A stretch of 63,742 bases of DNA, filler included, from Collodictyon triciliatum (GCA_043381765.1; 6 parts of 6 records of this genome joined end to end with filler, not necessarily neighbours in it); one strand, 5' to 3'; counted from the first letter of the whole stretch, positions 1-13,600 are shown. The notes: generated by a model not told the origin, from the letters alone. Numbers and translations: made by a program.

Positions 1-130
1 AAAGAGAGAAAGAGAGAGAGAGAGAGAAAGAGAGAAAGAGAGAAAGAGAGAAAGAGAGAAAGAGAGAAAGAGAGAAAGAGAGAAAGAGAGAAAGAGAGAA
101 AGAGAGAAAGAGAGAAAGAGAGAAAGAGAA
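1..130 (+). repeat. (AGAGAA)n-type microsatellite in TCP1 intron
   Basis: Directly visible. Confidence 0.95.
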
Positions 131-177
131 TCAATCGCGTTGGTTTGCACAGCAAGATATGGTGCGGTGTTGCTTAC

Positions 178-2728
178 TCGGCGTAGGACTTCTTTGACGG
201 GTCGGTCTGAGCCGTGTTGTGGTATGCGCGCAGGCGGGCAACGAGGTCTGTGGAGTCGCAGGCTGCATTGACGGCGAGTGTCTTTGGGATGATTAGCAGC
301 GACTCGGCAAACTCGGCGATGGCCAGTTGCTCGCGGGAACCCTGCGTGCGATTTGGCGTTTGCGATTCATTTGTTAGTGGTTTGAGCTTCTTCTTCGGCG
401 CGGCTCTGTCGGATGGGTCCATACCAAAGTAGTGGCAAAGTTCTCGAGGAAGATGGACAGTGCAGCCTCGACCGAGCCGCCTCCGGGGACGACGATGTTG
501 GACTCGAGTGTGCGCTTCACCACGCAGAGTGCATCGTGGACAGACCGCTCCATTTCGTCGAGCATGTGGTGGTTGGCTCCGCGGAGGATGATGGAGTGCG
601 ACTTGTGGACCCTTGGGTTCTGTTGGATACAAGCAAAAAGAAGAAAGAAAAAAAGAAAAGAAAAGACCAACATATAAATAAGAAATGATCATTATGAATC
701 CAGGACAAAAGTTTGTTATTGAGGTCATAGAAGGAGGACGATAGAGTTTCGCAAGGTATGGAGATAGGCCAATGTTTCATTTTTTTTTAAAAAAAATAAT
801 TAATAAATAAAAAAAAATAATGATAAAGCTCTTTCTGTTCACGTCCTCGAGCTATCTTTCTGTGAGAAAAGTAATGAAGGGTGTGATTTGGTTTCGGTGA
901 ATGAGACGTATTCTAGTTGCAGTGACATTCACCTTGACAAAGATCAGCTCATCATCGGAGATGCGTTCCTGGGAAACCTCTTCGGCTTCTCCAAGCATCG
1001 CCGGGTCAAATGCCTCTTCTCCCTCCAGGTTGGCCAGTGTGACGAGGACGGTGCCGCCCGTGATTTTGGCAATCCGCTTCAAATCCTCCTTCTTGCAGCG
1101 GCGGACAGCGATGGCGCCGGCCTCCACAAAGTATTTGAGGGACAAATCGTCGATTCCCTTGGTCGTCAGAACAACGTTGGCACCAGACTTGAGAATCATG
1201 TCGATGCGCTCCTTCATGATATTCATTTCGCTGTACAGTGGGGGGGGGGGGGGGAAGAGAAAACATGCGACGTTAAGGGAATGAGCCAGTCATTTTTTGA
1301 CGAAAAAAAAAATATAGGCAGACGAAAGTAAAAAGATTAAAAAGAAATACAATGTGTGGTATTTCACATCTCATCACAGCGGCCAGTTAAAGACTCACCG
1401 AGAGCGGATGGACTCCAGCTGCTGCGGGTCGTTGACAACCACCTGGACACCAAGCGGCATCTTGACGCGGTTGAGGTTGAAGTCGAGCAGCGCAATCTTT
1501 GCCTGGCGAACAGTGCGGGGCATGGCAGGCGAGGCCATGGTGCAGTTGAGCGCATAGCCATTGACCAGGATACTCTCTTTAGAGCTCTTGCCGTGTGCCT
1601 TGAGGATGTTGATGGCCTTGACAGGGTACTTTGCCTTGCCCTCTGCGTTGACGCGCTTCACCGACAGAATCGAGTCCACCACCATGGCTGAGAAAAAGTC
1701 CTCCTCCACACCGATGATTTTGGAGGACATTGAGGTCTTCGCGCAGTTGATGAGGCATTCGCGCCCAAGACGATCCACCTTCATCGCGATGTTTTCGTTG
1801 ATGTATTTTACAGCTTCGCGCGAGGCAATTCGGAATCCGCTGATGATCGAGGTCGGGTGGATTTTGTTCTTGACAAGCTCGTTTCCTCTCTAAGGAACGG
1901 TTCATTAAGTTAAATTCACATTATCTTATTTATCCTCCCATGTAATCATGCTACGAGAAATAGAAATGATATTATCCATGACCATCCCCTCTTTGTTCAT
2001 AGAAGGAAACATTCCATCCATGAGGAGAGAATATCTGCATTAGAACACAAATATGCAAAGGGACCGTCTTCTACATAGTATCCTATGAAGAATACAACCG
2101 CTCTCGTTGCTCCATCATATCCTGATTTTCCTATTTTACACGCCAACACAACCCAATTCAAGTGAATACCTTGAGCAGCTCCGATGCAAGGATGACAACA
2201 GATGTGGTTCCGTCTCCGACTTCGGTGTCCTGAAGCTCGGCAAGCTCGACAAGAACGCGGGCTGCCGGATGCTCGACTTCAAGCTGCTTCAGAATGGTTG
2301 CTCCGTCGTTTGTGATGGTCACATCGCCGAGATCGTCGACAAGCATCTTGTCCAGGCCAACAGGCCCCAGCGAGCTTTTGACGATGTTTGCAACTGCGAC
2401 TGCCGCAGTGACTGTGTTTCATAGGGAAAGACATGAGAACAGAGAAGTCTGGAGCCACAACGGGTTCGGCTTTGATTTAAATGCAGGGATGAGTAGGACA
2501 CGTGGACTCGACGGGAATAAAAAAAAAAACAAGGAATATTGTTTGAGTCGTGTGTTTGTCCTTGGCTGAAAATAAGCAAGAGACAGGTGGGTTTTTTTAT
2601 TTTTAAGGAAGGTGACAAGTGCAACAGCAAAGGATATAGTAGAGAAGCGGATCGGGCCTATACACACCGTTTTGTGTGCGGACATCCTGGCCGCTTGTGC
2701 GTTCTCCATGAATGCTGAGGGTGGCCAT
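178..2728 (-). CDS. TCP1: T-complex protein 1 subunit alpha (CCT1), multi-exon, 3' end runs off the window
   Basis: Spliced GT-AG exons from ATG at 2728 ([20 protein letters not shown]). They encode [51 protein letters not shown] and [13 protein letters not shown], typical of CCT-alpha. Confidence 0.96.
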
Positions 2729-3421
2729 GACTACTTTCCTTTTGAGCGCGGAATCTAAGTAGCATGAAGCAGTTAGTAATAACTCTTTTCCTTTCTTTTT
2801 TTTGTTGCTCTATTGTTGTCGAAAAAGTCCGCAACAAGTGGGACAGGAGCAGCGTCTGCCCAAGGTGCGTGGTGTTTTGCCTCCAGTGAGGCCTGACAAA
2901 GTCGCTTAGAGTTGGGTTCAACTGGCAGTCGAGAGTGTGTCGGAGATCATCGTATAGGCAGCGCGGCAAAGAAAGAAGGATGCATAACAAAGCTCTTCCG
3001 CATTTGAGTTTGAAGTTGGAGGTTTCCTTGTCGGGGCCGTGTGATCAACCACACCCACGACCGAAACCCTCGACCAGAGTCAGCCGAACCCAGTTAATAT
3101 GATGTCTCGTTCAGTCGCGAGCCACTTTCGATGACTCGACCGTGATGACACTGCTGATCGCCGGGACAGCATGCCCAGGCGCGTTGAGAAAATGCTTCCG
3201 CCTGTTTGATCTTGAAAAAAGTGAAACAGCAATTTTGTGGTGGGCGCGATAGGCACGATAGGCACGATAGTGCGGGTTCTCATTCTACATGTGGAAACAA
3301 TATTAATTGATTTTATTATACTCCAAAAGCAAGATTATCTTGTTAACTTATCAAAAATATTATATGGTTGCATATATAGTACATTAAAAAAAATGACAGA
3401 ATAATCGAAAAGCAAAACACT

Positions 3422-3508
3422 CGCCGCAAAGGATGAATCGAACATCTCGGCCTCTCGGCCGCAACGGATTTGAAGTCCGTCCCCACCACCAGGTAAGCTC
3501 ATCACGGC
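3422..3508 (-). tRNA. tRNA-Sec: Selenocysteine tRNA (anticodon UCA)
   Basis: Reverse complement GCCGTGATGAGCTTACCTGGTGGTGGGGACGGACTTCAAATCCGTTGCGGCCGAGAGGCCGAGATGTTCGATTCATCCTTTGCGGCG. It folds with a 9-bp acceptor stem, 6-bp D stem, CTTCAAA anticodon loop, long variable arm (CGGCC-GAGA-GGCCG), 4-bp T stem and G discriminator. Confidence 0.96.
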
Positions 3509-3532
3509 GTCTCAAAAAGGAAATTTTACACA

Positions 3533-3539
3533 TTATAAA
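3533..3539 (-). promoter_or_regulatory. TATA-like element upstream of tRNA-Sec
   Basis: TTTATAA lies about 25-31 nt upstream of the tRNA 5' end. Eukaryotic tRNA-Sec genes commonly use upstream TATA elements, but the region is AT-rich. Confidence 0.4.
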
Positions 3540-3827
3540 CTGATATACATCATACTAATATTATATGATGGGTTCAACTTAAGGTTGTTTGCTCAGATGT
3601 GGCTTTAGATACATAATCGGTATGATTAACTAGATGCTTTTCTGCGCATAGACTTGATCATCCAGACAGATTCTCTGCAGCAGATCCCGACACGCAGGCC
3701 GATGCAAACAAAGAAGGCAGAGTATGGCCAAGGACTCCACACGGAAAGATACTAACGCAAGAAACAAAAACAGATAAAAAAAGAACAACAAGCGACACTC
3801 TTCTTTTTTTCTTGGTTCCTTGGAAGC

Positions 3828-4541
3828 ATGACAAACGGTAAGCAGCTATAATCGTGTATCTTTCCAGTGACCAACCGCGACAACAATCAAATGCTTTCAT
3901 AGGCAGAAGAATAACAATAAGTATTACCATATGAAAAAAAAATACACAGCCATCTTGTCTGCCTCGTAGAGATTCGAAAGAAACCCATAATGAAACCAGT
4001 CGATCTTATCCTTAATTCCCATTTCCTTCTTCTTCCAAACACAGTATACAGCTTTGACGGCGGCTTCGTTTTCCTGATCCTCTTTGTCTGCACCTGCGCA
4101 CACATCCGCGTATCTCCGCGTCTGCGTTCGATGGCGCTCTCTGAAAAGAAAGGCTTTGCAGGCGTCTTTTACAAAGGTGACCCCCTCTCTCTTCTCTTCT
4201 CTTTGTCTCCTCAGGAACATATGATCGATTCATACCGCAAATCGAGGCCGAGTCGGAAGCCGCTAGTGAGATAATTCTGACTCCGGCAGTTTAGCATATC
4301 TGGCAAAAACTCATGAAAGCCATGGACAAAAGCTCAAGAAAAGCTCATCACAAACCAGAGACAGAAAAAAAAGCGATCAAATTGATTCATTTTAATATGT
4401 TTCAGATGTTTGTAATCATCAGCTACCCACACTAATCGTTTCCATCAAACTTGAAAAACAGCTGCGATTGTAGGGGTCCGGCTTCACTGGGCTGTCTCCC
4501 TTCTGTGTATCGTTATGTCTGTGTACCTCATCTTCACCTGA
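3828..4541 (+). CDS. TMEM167B: Protein kish-B (TMEM167B), 3 exons (3828-3837, 4045-4176, 4462-4541)
   Basis: Spliced product [73 protein letters not shown] matches the kish-B family. Confidence 0.93.
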
Positions 4542-6643
4542 TTGTGAAATGTTGTTGAGTGAACGAAAAAAATGAAAACACTTCAATACCGGGCAAGCCA
4601 TCCCATCTTGATTTCGCACGACTCTTCTATCCGGCTCTAATCTACAAACCCAGATATTAAAAGGAGCAAATCCGTTTTATTCGTTTTTTTTTTCTGAAAG
4701 AGAATTGCACGAATACTTGTCATTGAATTTATTCATAAACAATCGTGTAGGGCGCACCTAAAAAAATAGAGAAAAAAAAAGAATGGTATAAAAAAAGAAG
4801 TAGGTTCAAAAGGTACTCATCATATCCATTCAATCAACTAAAGCACCATCTTCGCCGGCAAAGTCTGCCCAATCGACACATCCACAAAAGATCTTCCAGA
4901 TATCAGTCACTCTCTCCACGTAGCAGAGAACTTGTCTCGTTGATGTGCAGTCCATTTTATGTATTTGAAACTCTCTATCGGAATCGATATAAAAGGCGGC
5001 AGCCCTTGTAATCTGTTTTCAGAGAAATTATGCAGCTCACGTGAACAAATATCATTTCTATCATTAAGCTACCATTGTTAAAATAACAAAAAAAAAAAAG
5101 TAGGTAAATTGCACGACAAAGTAAAAAAAATGCAGGTGATTCCATCACCTGAATGTGATTAGGTTTTCCAAGTTGGTTTAGCTGACGAACATATTCCACT
5201 ATGATTAATGAAGGGGAATTCAGTATGACTTCTATGCCCATACACAATACTATGTCATGTAATTACATGCAGAAAAACATGCTTCAAACCTGCTTGTCCA
5301 ACAACGTTGTATGTGAATCCCTCACGACCTTCGTGATCAGCGGATAGTTTCGTATATTAATTGAAGAATTAGGCAATCCATATCTTCAATACATCACTTT
5401 TCACTTTTCCCTATGCAAATATCTGGGTCTGGTGCATTTTTCTTTTTCTTTCTTTCCTTTTTTAAAAATACCTATTATTCCAACTGCAATGTCTCCGATA
5501 CCAACACACATCTTGAAACTTTCTTCTCCTGTGTGCCATGTCTCAACCATCATGTATCGCGACAGGACCTGAGCGCGCCAGAGGTATTTTTTTTTCCAAA
5601 AAACAATTAATTATAGAAACTAAGATATCTGTCTCAGGTTGAAATAATCTGTATAAATAACAATTACTGAAAAATTAACGCTTTTCCAATTGGCGATGAA
5701 CTAAACGACTTACTTCATGACAAAACTTCACGGCTCTAGAGACATTTGATGATTTTGAGTTTTGAAAGATGCTGTGCTTTTCGTCACAAACGAACTAAAC
5801 AGCAAGTCTATCAGGTAAACGATAACAAAAATACATTTTTTCGCTTGAAAAAAAAAAGAGTCCATTAATTCTTTTTTATTTGTATATTTATTAAACAGCA
5901 TACCACGCAACTCCCTATCGATCCTTTTACCAGCGTCAGCCCGTATTGAGTGCCTATGCTTTCGATTACTTGATAAAAATCTGAATGAATTTTATTTTCA
6001 GTTGATTTACTTTTTACAAGTGAGATTATTTTTTTGAAGACTATCGTATTAATGTCATTTTAGAATGTGCTTATCTGCATCAGACAAACGGCATATTTTA
6101 AGCAAATGATACCAGATACTTCTCGAAAGGCCATCTTGCTCTCAAGGTTGCCACTTAAACCCGTATGACTTATTTCAACAAATACATGTGACTCGAAAAT
6201 AGAAGTCATGGATGTACTCCTGGACAACAGTTTGTTATACAGTGACTCTGATAAAACTGAAATCATATTGTCTCGCGCAATTTGAATTTGGTTATCAGCC
6301 TCAGTGATTTCCTATAGATTTTTTTCAATTACATCTATGAACGTTTATCTTCAAGTTGCTTGCCAATGCCGTAAAATTTTTATCACAAGAAGGCTTGCAT
6401 TCATATGTATTTTGGAGGAAGAGAAGGAAAGGGTATACCTTGATAAAATATTTCTGGCTAATGTAGTCCCTTCTGTTTGCTAACTCGCGTCCGTTAAAGG
6501 CAATCACATACATGGAAACTGTCACGCAAATGTACATAAACCAAGTAAAGATATCCGAAAGTATCCTGAATTAAAAATTTTCTTACTTGAAATGGTATTT
6601 AACAGAATAGGAAGTTCAGATAGGGAAGAGGGTCAATTGATTT

Positions 6644-6750
<107 letters not shown>

Positions 6751-6788
6751 TTTTGTTGAATATAAGGACAAACTTCATAAATCAACTG

Positions 6789-9745
6789 TTACAAGAAGCC
6801 ATACCTATTTCCAAGACCATGAAAAATCCACACATATGTATTTGCAACAAAGTAAACGGCTGTGATGAAGGATGATTGGTCATGGCGTACAATCCAGCAC
6901 GTATAAATTAGAAGGAGATTTGTGTTTCCTTCGATTTCGAGATTTGTTTTGAAAGATATTACTGTTGACTCATAAGTGTGGTCCAAGATGAAGTAAATAT
7001 AGGACTTTACAATGACCGATGTCATGTACGCGCTTATGAAAAAGAAGCAGAGATTCTGCAGAGTTTGAATATTTTCTTTCAAATCTGGGTTCAGCGAATA
7101 TAGACAAAAACCCATCCATATGCATAAAAGAACAGGCACAACAACACACATTTGAATCAAGATATATTTCAACAGCAAATTATTGTTGTTCATTCCAGCC
7201 TCGGATAGAATAAAGTATTGTATGAGCCCTTGAGTGAGACAAAGAATGGCTCCACACGTCAATATATAGCTAGTGATGTAAAAAAAAAATTAATGCTGGG
7301 AGAAATGTATACATTTTGCTTGTGATTAGATCCAACAGTAAAAAGGTGCTGTTTAAAAATACCCTGTTTGAACTATGTTCTTGTGTGCACAAACATAATG
7401 AAGGTACTTTGCTTCTTCCTCCGAGTCATTGTACTTGTATACAATAAATACTTTAGCATATTTGTTGGTGCACTTTTTGATATCTTGTGAAATGTACGAC
7501 GAAATTTTTTGGTCCATTTCTTTTTGGTGAACCTACTCGGTCAGTGCCAGTTCATCGTGAGAACAGAGTCATGGGTACTAAAATAAACAAGTGTATGTTG
7601 ATTCATGATTCATCAAAGTTGTTGCCTTCCAAATATCTTGCTTTGCAGTATCAAGGGTATTTGCGTAGGCTTGGCGTCTTTGTTGTGGTTGGGATATTCC
7701 AGTCATCTGCAGTGGGCAAGAGTTCATTTATAAATGATTCGCTCTATCCGAATATAATGTTTACCACAACAGTATTTCGATACATGATGGTTCTTTTGTT
7801 GATACGCACATATGTGAGCTCCTTAGTAGTCGAATCCAATGATGTTCCTCCCCACTCAGAACGCATGCATGATTCATGCGCTTTTTTGATTCCTTCAAAT
7901 GAAGCGCACGTTATTTAGTTGGTTCATATGTACCCTTTGGAGCAAAACGAAGATAAAGATTATTTGCGTGTAAAGAACAGTTGCAATCATTTTTTAAACC
8001 TACTCACCTTTACCACATGCATCAAAGGTAACTCTTGAGCCCTGGATGATACCAAAGGTAGTCTCATCGAACGAAATTCCAAACCTAGTCTGTAAGACTT
8101 TAAAAAATTAATTATATAACTATTTTTTCTTAAAAAAATAAGTATGTACGCAGTAAAAAAAAAAAAAAGTAATTTTATTCCAACCTGTATTTCAGGATTT
8201 ATCACACAACTTTTTATTTTTCTGATCGCTAGAGAGCAAAAGTCACAAGCTTTCGTGAAGCTTTCATCGATGTCACCAGCTTGATGACTTAAAAACTGCA
8301 CATTTTCACATTTTGATTTCATGCAGCCTTTCATTCATGTTTTTTTTAAAAATAATTAAATAGGTGAAAAATATCGGAAAGCAATCTTACGTATGCAAGT
8401 GTTCCTAAAACGTTTAATTTCAAATTAGAAAATAAAATTTTATCTATATGTCTTACACACATGATGCATATTTGAATGTATAATTCATTCCAGTACCTTC
8501 TGTTTTGATGCGTTCCAAGTTATACCTATTTTGAGGGTTCTCAATCTTTCTTACATATTTGACAAATTATTTTTTTTTTACAAATTAATCTAAAATGAGG
8601 CTGGAAAGCTCACCTTTTCATGGCCAGGTCTAAAGTCCTAAAATAATCATGCTCGCTATTCAGTACAGTTCTTGTCAAAATGGGGTTTCGTACTTCTATT
8701 ATATAAAAAATCACCTTAAAATTTCGCACATTCTTTTTAACTCTTCGCTCGTGCTTCGAATTACTGTAAGGTCTACTTGAAACTGAGCACATACTACTAC
8801 AGTTTTGAACGTCTTTGTCACCGACAAGGTGTTTATGTTCCTGTCTCCATGAAAATCGACAAAGAATCTGTTTATGAATGCGATGAGATTGAGTTTTTCG
8901 AGAATGACTTACCTAAACTAAGCTTTTAACTTCTCTTACCTAGGAATAAAGTGATACAACAACCGAACTGATCGATTTCTCTCTCCATCAATTTGGTTAT
9001 GGAGCATTTTCATTCTTTTCTCCCGTTCATATGTTCTGTGGGGAATTTGTCAAAAATCAAGGGATAAGAAGTGCGTTGCATTATTCATAGAGTATAAAAG
9101 ATGAAAAGTAACATCCATTGATTCTGATTACGAAATAATGTTGAAAAATATACCGCCTCTCGTTGAGGTCTATGTTCCTCAAATTAAACAGCATCATAAT
9201 AACGCATATTTCATAAGGGAGGTTGACAAAAATAGACTGGATAACACCAATTTGCAGAATGGAGCGAATGACATATGCCGACATAAAAATGACAGAGCAG
9301 ACAAAAGAGGTCTTCAAATCACCCCGCACTATTCCCAGGAATATCTAGATATGTAGTGGAGAGGCGATTGAGCATTACCTTGCAATATCAAATACACCAT
9401 GCCGCTGTCTCAAATATTCTTACCAATGAGTATGATATTGGGTCAGAAAGGGTGGATAATTGTCTGAGAGAAATCCGATTGAGAAGATCAGATGTCATTG
9501 ACATGACATATAGACAAGGATGTATTTTGATGTAGAATCTATAAATGAAATAGTTTTACTTAATTTTTTTTTGAAAATTTCACAATGTGATCTAAGCTAC
9601 GCAAAAATATGAACAGACGCCTACAAAAAAAAAAAAAAAATAAGAGGTGCAATTCTGACTTTTGAAAGATGTAATCGTTCTTAAGTACGGCAAGGGTAGC
9701 GATGGCTAGGCAAACAACAACAACCGCAGGGACTAGTCTCAGCAT
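6789..9745 (-). pseudogene. Decayed membrane-protein gene(s): signal peptide plus multi-TM fragments
   Basis: Signal-peptide-like ORF 9560-9745 and hydrophobic ORFs 9081-9329 and 6789-7262 are separated by coding-looking sequence with stops. No intact model could be built. Confidence 0.3.
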
Positions 9746-10075
9746 AATATTTTCAAGACTATTTTCGTGGAAACTCCATAATTAAAAATAGGTCAGATGT
9801 GATTTTTTGGGTGATAAATCACTCAAAGAAACTCGTTTCTTTTTGCTGTCAATAGAGAAATTTTCTTTAGTCACCTCGTTGGAGCTATATCCATACACTG
9901 CATTGCAAAGTATAAAATGCCCAGCAAGCATAGCCAGATGGTTCTTTTGCGATATTTTGCAGAGTAATACATCATATATTCCACTTCCTCATCTATATTG
10001 TCATATCTAGACAAGAAAAATATAATGAATGTTCAAGTTTCACAATTTGTACGAAACTGTATGGGGCAAAGTGTA

Positions 10076-10564
10076 AAACACAAAAAACACAAAAAACACA
10101 AAAAACACAAAAAACACAAAAAACACAAAAAACACAAAAAACACAAAAAACACAAAAAACACAAAAAACACAAAAAACACAAAAAACACAAAAAAACACA
10201 AAAACACAAACAAAACTAAAAAACTCAAACTTATTCATAAACCCCCGCTTTCTGAAGCNNNNNNNNNNNNNNNNNNNNNNNNNNNNNNNNNNNNNNNNNN
10301 NNTTAATTAATTAANNNNNNNNNNNNNNNNNNNNNNNNNNNNNNNNNNNNNNNNNNNNAAGAAAAAGAAAAAGAAAAGAAAAAGAAAAGAAAAAGAAAAG
10401 AAAAAGAAAAGAAAAAGAAAAGAAAAAGAAAAGAAAAAGAAAAAGAAAAAGAAAAAGAAAAAGAAAAAGAAAAGAAAAAAAAAAGAAAAAGAAAAAGAAA
10501 AAGAAAAAGAAAAAGAAAAAGAAAAAGAAAAAGAAAAAGAAAAAGAAAAAGAAAAAGAAAAAAG
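10076..10564 (+). repeat. (AAAAAACAC)n and (GAAAAA)n arrays flanking a contig spacer
   Basis: Directly visible. Confidence 0.9.
10259..10358. other. Artificial contig spacer N44-TTAATTAATTAA-N44 (also 20618-20717, 27774-27873, 38114-38213, 53410-53509)
   Basis: Identical 100-nt six-frame-stop linker occurs five times, and genes are truncated at it. Confidence 0.97.
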
Positions 10565-10681
10565 AATGAAACAAACTCACATAAAACACCAACTAATAAT
10601 AAATAATGGCATGTAGTTGCAAATAGTAACAAACCATTCCCATAAAATACCATAAAAATCGCTGTAATTATCTTAACGCAG

Positions 10682-13600
10682 GTCATCTACACCACAGTCC
10701 CATCCGGGTACACATCTGCGCACGGGCAAGCAGGCGGACAATATGTATCAACAAATACAGGCATATATATCACCGGCAATAATGTTCCCCAACAGGCCGG
10801 TCACCAGTACATTGTACAGCAACAGCAGCAACAGCAACAGATTGTCCCACCTGCTTATTCATCTCAGTACGCACAATTGGAGCCTATACACTACCCCACA
10901 CAAACACCTCGTAGCATAGCGCAAATTCAGTCACACCCAACACATATTCAATCACAACAAATGTACCAAGAATCACAGATAGGTTATCAGCAGCAGCAGC
11001 AACAACAACAACAACAACAGCAACAGCAGCAACAACATGCTTACCAAAATCAACAGTCACAGCAATCATCCGCCTTGTCACAGGCCGACCTTCGAAGAGA
11101 GTATTTGAAAGATCAAGGATATTTTCAGGGTGTGTCGCAGCCACCACCTTCACCACAAAATCGGTAAGCATCACAGGCTTCTTGCATGCTAAAGTGCACT
11201 GATATTTTTTCCTTTATTCGATTCAAAGTGCAGCGAGGTTATGCCAAAGTGTACTGATATTAAATCATTCTAAATATTAACCATAATTCAAGATCATGTG
11301 TGATTACGCATGAGACTTTACAACAAGAAGTACCTTTTTTTTTCAATGTTACTTCCATTCTTCGACATATACCCTTTGAAAGAGAGGGGGTTGCTTTGTT
11401 CTGCATTATTTGATATTAACCGCATGACTTGAACACATTCAGGGACTATGACGAAAGAAGAGCATATGAATCAACTAGAAACTTTGACCTTTCAACATCC
11501 GTCAGAAATGATAGCGAGGTTGAGGTTTGTGGTAACATAGGAAAATCGTTAATTCTTCTGTTTGAGCATACTAAATGGAAACAGCTTCTCATGGATAATT
11601 CGTTATTTTATTTTAAAGCAAAGTTTGCTCTTGATATTGATATCCTGATTATGTATGTGAAGTTTTGATGGCTTTTCTTTCCTTGATACTGAGTTGTGTA
11701 TGAAAAGTATAATTTTGAGACTCATCCATGTTTCTCTCATTCTTTTTCATTAACATATTTTCCATTCCTTCTGCTTGTAAGTTATTTGATCCTGTTAAAA
11801 ATATATTAGGTACTTAAGTCGAAGATAGCCGACTTGGAGCGGCTTGTAAGGTCCCAGGAGAGCGAGCTACAAAGAACCAAGCTAGAATACCAGCAAAAAA
11901 TAGACGACCTCGAGAAGAGGCTATCAGGTGCTACAATAATGTCTTCTCAGGAAAGTGTACCGCAAAGTAGTGAGATCCACGCGCGGTTGTCTGAGCTAGA
12001 AAGAAAATACGGAAGGAAACAGCCAACTTCCTTCGGCTCCGAAGCTTCTCAGTAGAGTTTGAAATAAGCATACTGGGGGGACTTTAAACCCAAATATGAG
12101 AAAACTCTTCGCAATTGCATTTATATATATGTCATATATTTGAAGTTGACAGTACTTAATCACGGGTCTGAAACAGGTCAACTAGGAGCTTTAAACTGAG
12201 GCAGGATGAATCCCGGCCTCAGTATGAATTTGGGCGCTCTCTGCGAGATGAAGGGTATTCTGGATACAACATAGACCCGCCGAAATCAGCCCCGACAAAC
12301 TCCACTAGCCATGTTGTCGAGTATAAAACTGAAAACATATTCGAACAACCATCAAAGAGAGACGTCTCTTCAAATTTGATACAACAGTTGGTCTGTATAT
12401 ATTTTATCTTCGACGTGTTATTTCATTTATGTCTAAGTGTAAACAAGAACCCCCCCCCAACTGATTCAGATGCTCACACTGTCTAATGGGTGCATGAAAT
12501 TCAAATCGAAGCATAGTTGATGAATATACGATGGAAGCTCCTTTTTTTTTCTTTCCCCCTTTATTCGATTCAAAGTTACGAAGGAAACTTTAATAGGCAC
12601 TTTCACCAACTCCATCAGAGAGAGGAGCACCTAGTACACCAATTGACCATGGGTATCGCTCTGGTTCCGTTGCCCCTTCGATGATGGTGCAGACTCCCTA
12701 ACATTTTTTCCTTCTTACTGGCCTCTACATATCTTTGTTATTCATATGTAATGCGAAACCCTTTTACTTTGGAAGAGAAGAAAATATTCTTGACTAAAAT
12801 TGTGCCCGTAACAAACCCAGAACTCTGTCGCTTCTACCAAAATGGAGCCACGGCATGTAAGGATCTTCAAAGGGGACCAAATCATTTTTACAGGTCCCAC
12901 TTCAGTCTTTTTAGCGTTCTAATTGAAACACAAAGTTATGCACACCTATTAGGGATATGTTTGGAGGATATGGTGTTTGCTTTTTCTTTTAAACTTGAAT
13001 GATTTTGTCCATAAGAGTTCCAATGGCTTTTTTCCGTCCAATTAAGTATATTCTATTAGTATCATATTATTTGTAATGTTATTTTCATGTTTTCTTAATA
13101 GTGGTGTCTGCAAGGAATCTTTCTGCGAAAGACAAGGATACAATAGACCCATTTGTATCGATTGTGTTTGGCAGACAAGAAGCGAAGACTGGGGTTCAAA
13201 AGCGCACCCAGAAACCGATCTGGAAAGAATCTTTTAGTTTGTATGTTTTTATTATTATTAGTTATTTATTTATTCTAAAGCACGCTCTCAGAACAAGGCG
13301 CTAATAAGAAATCAGAGACTCCAAAATCACCCAAAATCATCCAAAATCAATCAAAATGATCTAAAATATCTTATTGAGATTGAAAAGCTTGATGGCATAA
13401 ATACTGTCCAATGTTAGCAAAATTTCGTCATCTGTATTTTTCTCTCTCGTGGAATTATAAATCCTTTCAATCGTGCAGCGCGGTATTCGATACCTTTGAA
13501 AAGGTAAAAGTCACAATTCATGATGCAGACCAAGTGCCTCCAGGAAATGTATTGGGAAAGGTAAATATTCCAGTACAGTCTCTCCAGGAAATTGCTTGGT

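Noticed and set aside
3652-3720. HPDRFSAADPDTQADANKE, a J-domain-like peptide
   Set aside because: No upstream or downstream J-domain exons were found, and it lies in the TMEM167B 5' region. Probably chance.
9380-9540. Minus-strand frame with three in-frame TGA codons on the tRNA-Sec contig (selenoprotein or code reassignment?)
   Set aside because: There is no redox or selenoprotein motif and no recognisable SECIS. Intact genes here (TMEM167B, MFAP1) use TGA as stop, so decay or the wrong frame is simpler.
10259-10358. Palindromic TTAATTAATTAA repeated five times within N runs
   Set aside because: Artificial six-frame-stop assembly spacer. It also invalidates any synteny argument across it.
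9993-10686. ORFs such as (KKH)n, (FL)n, poly-F/K/I/L and (ER)n in the ORF track
   Set aside because: Translations of microsatellites, not genes.
11213-11228. Micro-insertion core read as a Pol III B-box or CRISPR repeat
   Set aside because: TTCGATTC resembles a T-loop but lacks the preceding G, any A-box and any tRNA fold. Copies are dispersed rather than regularly spaced.
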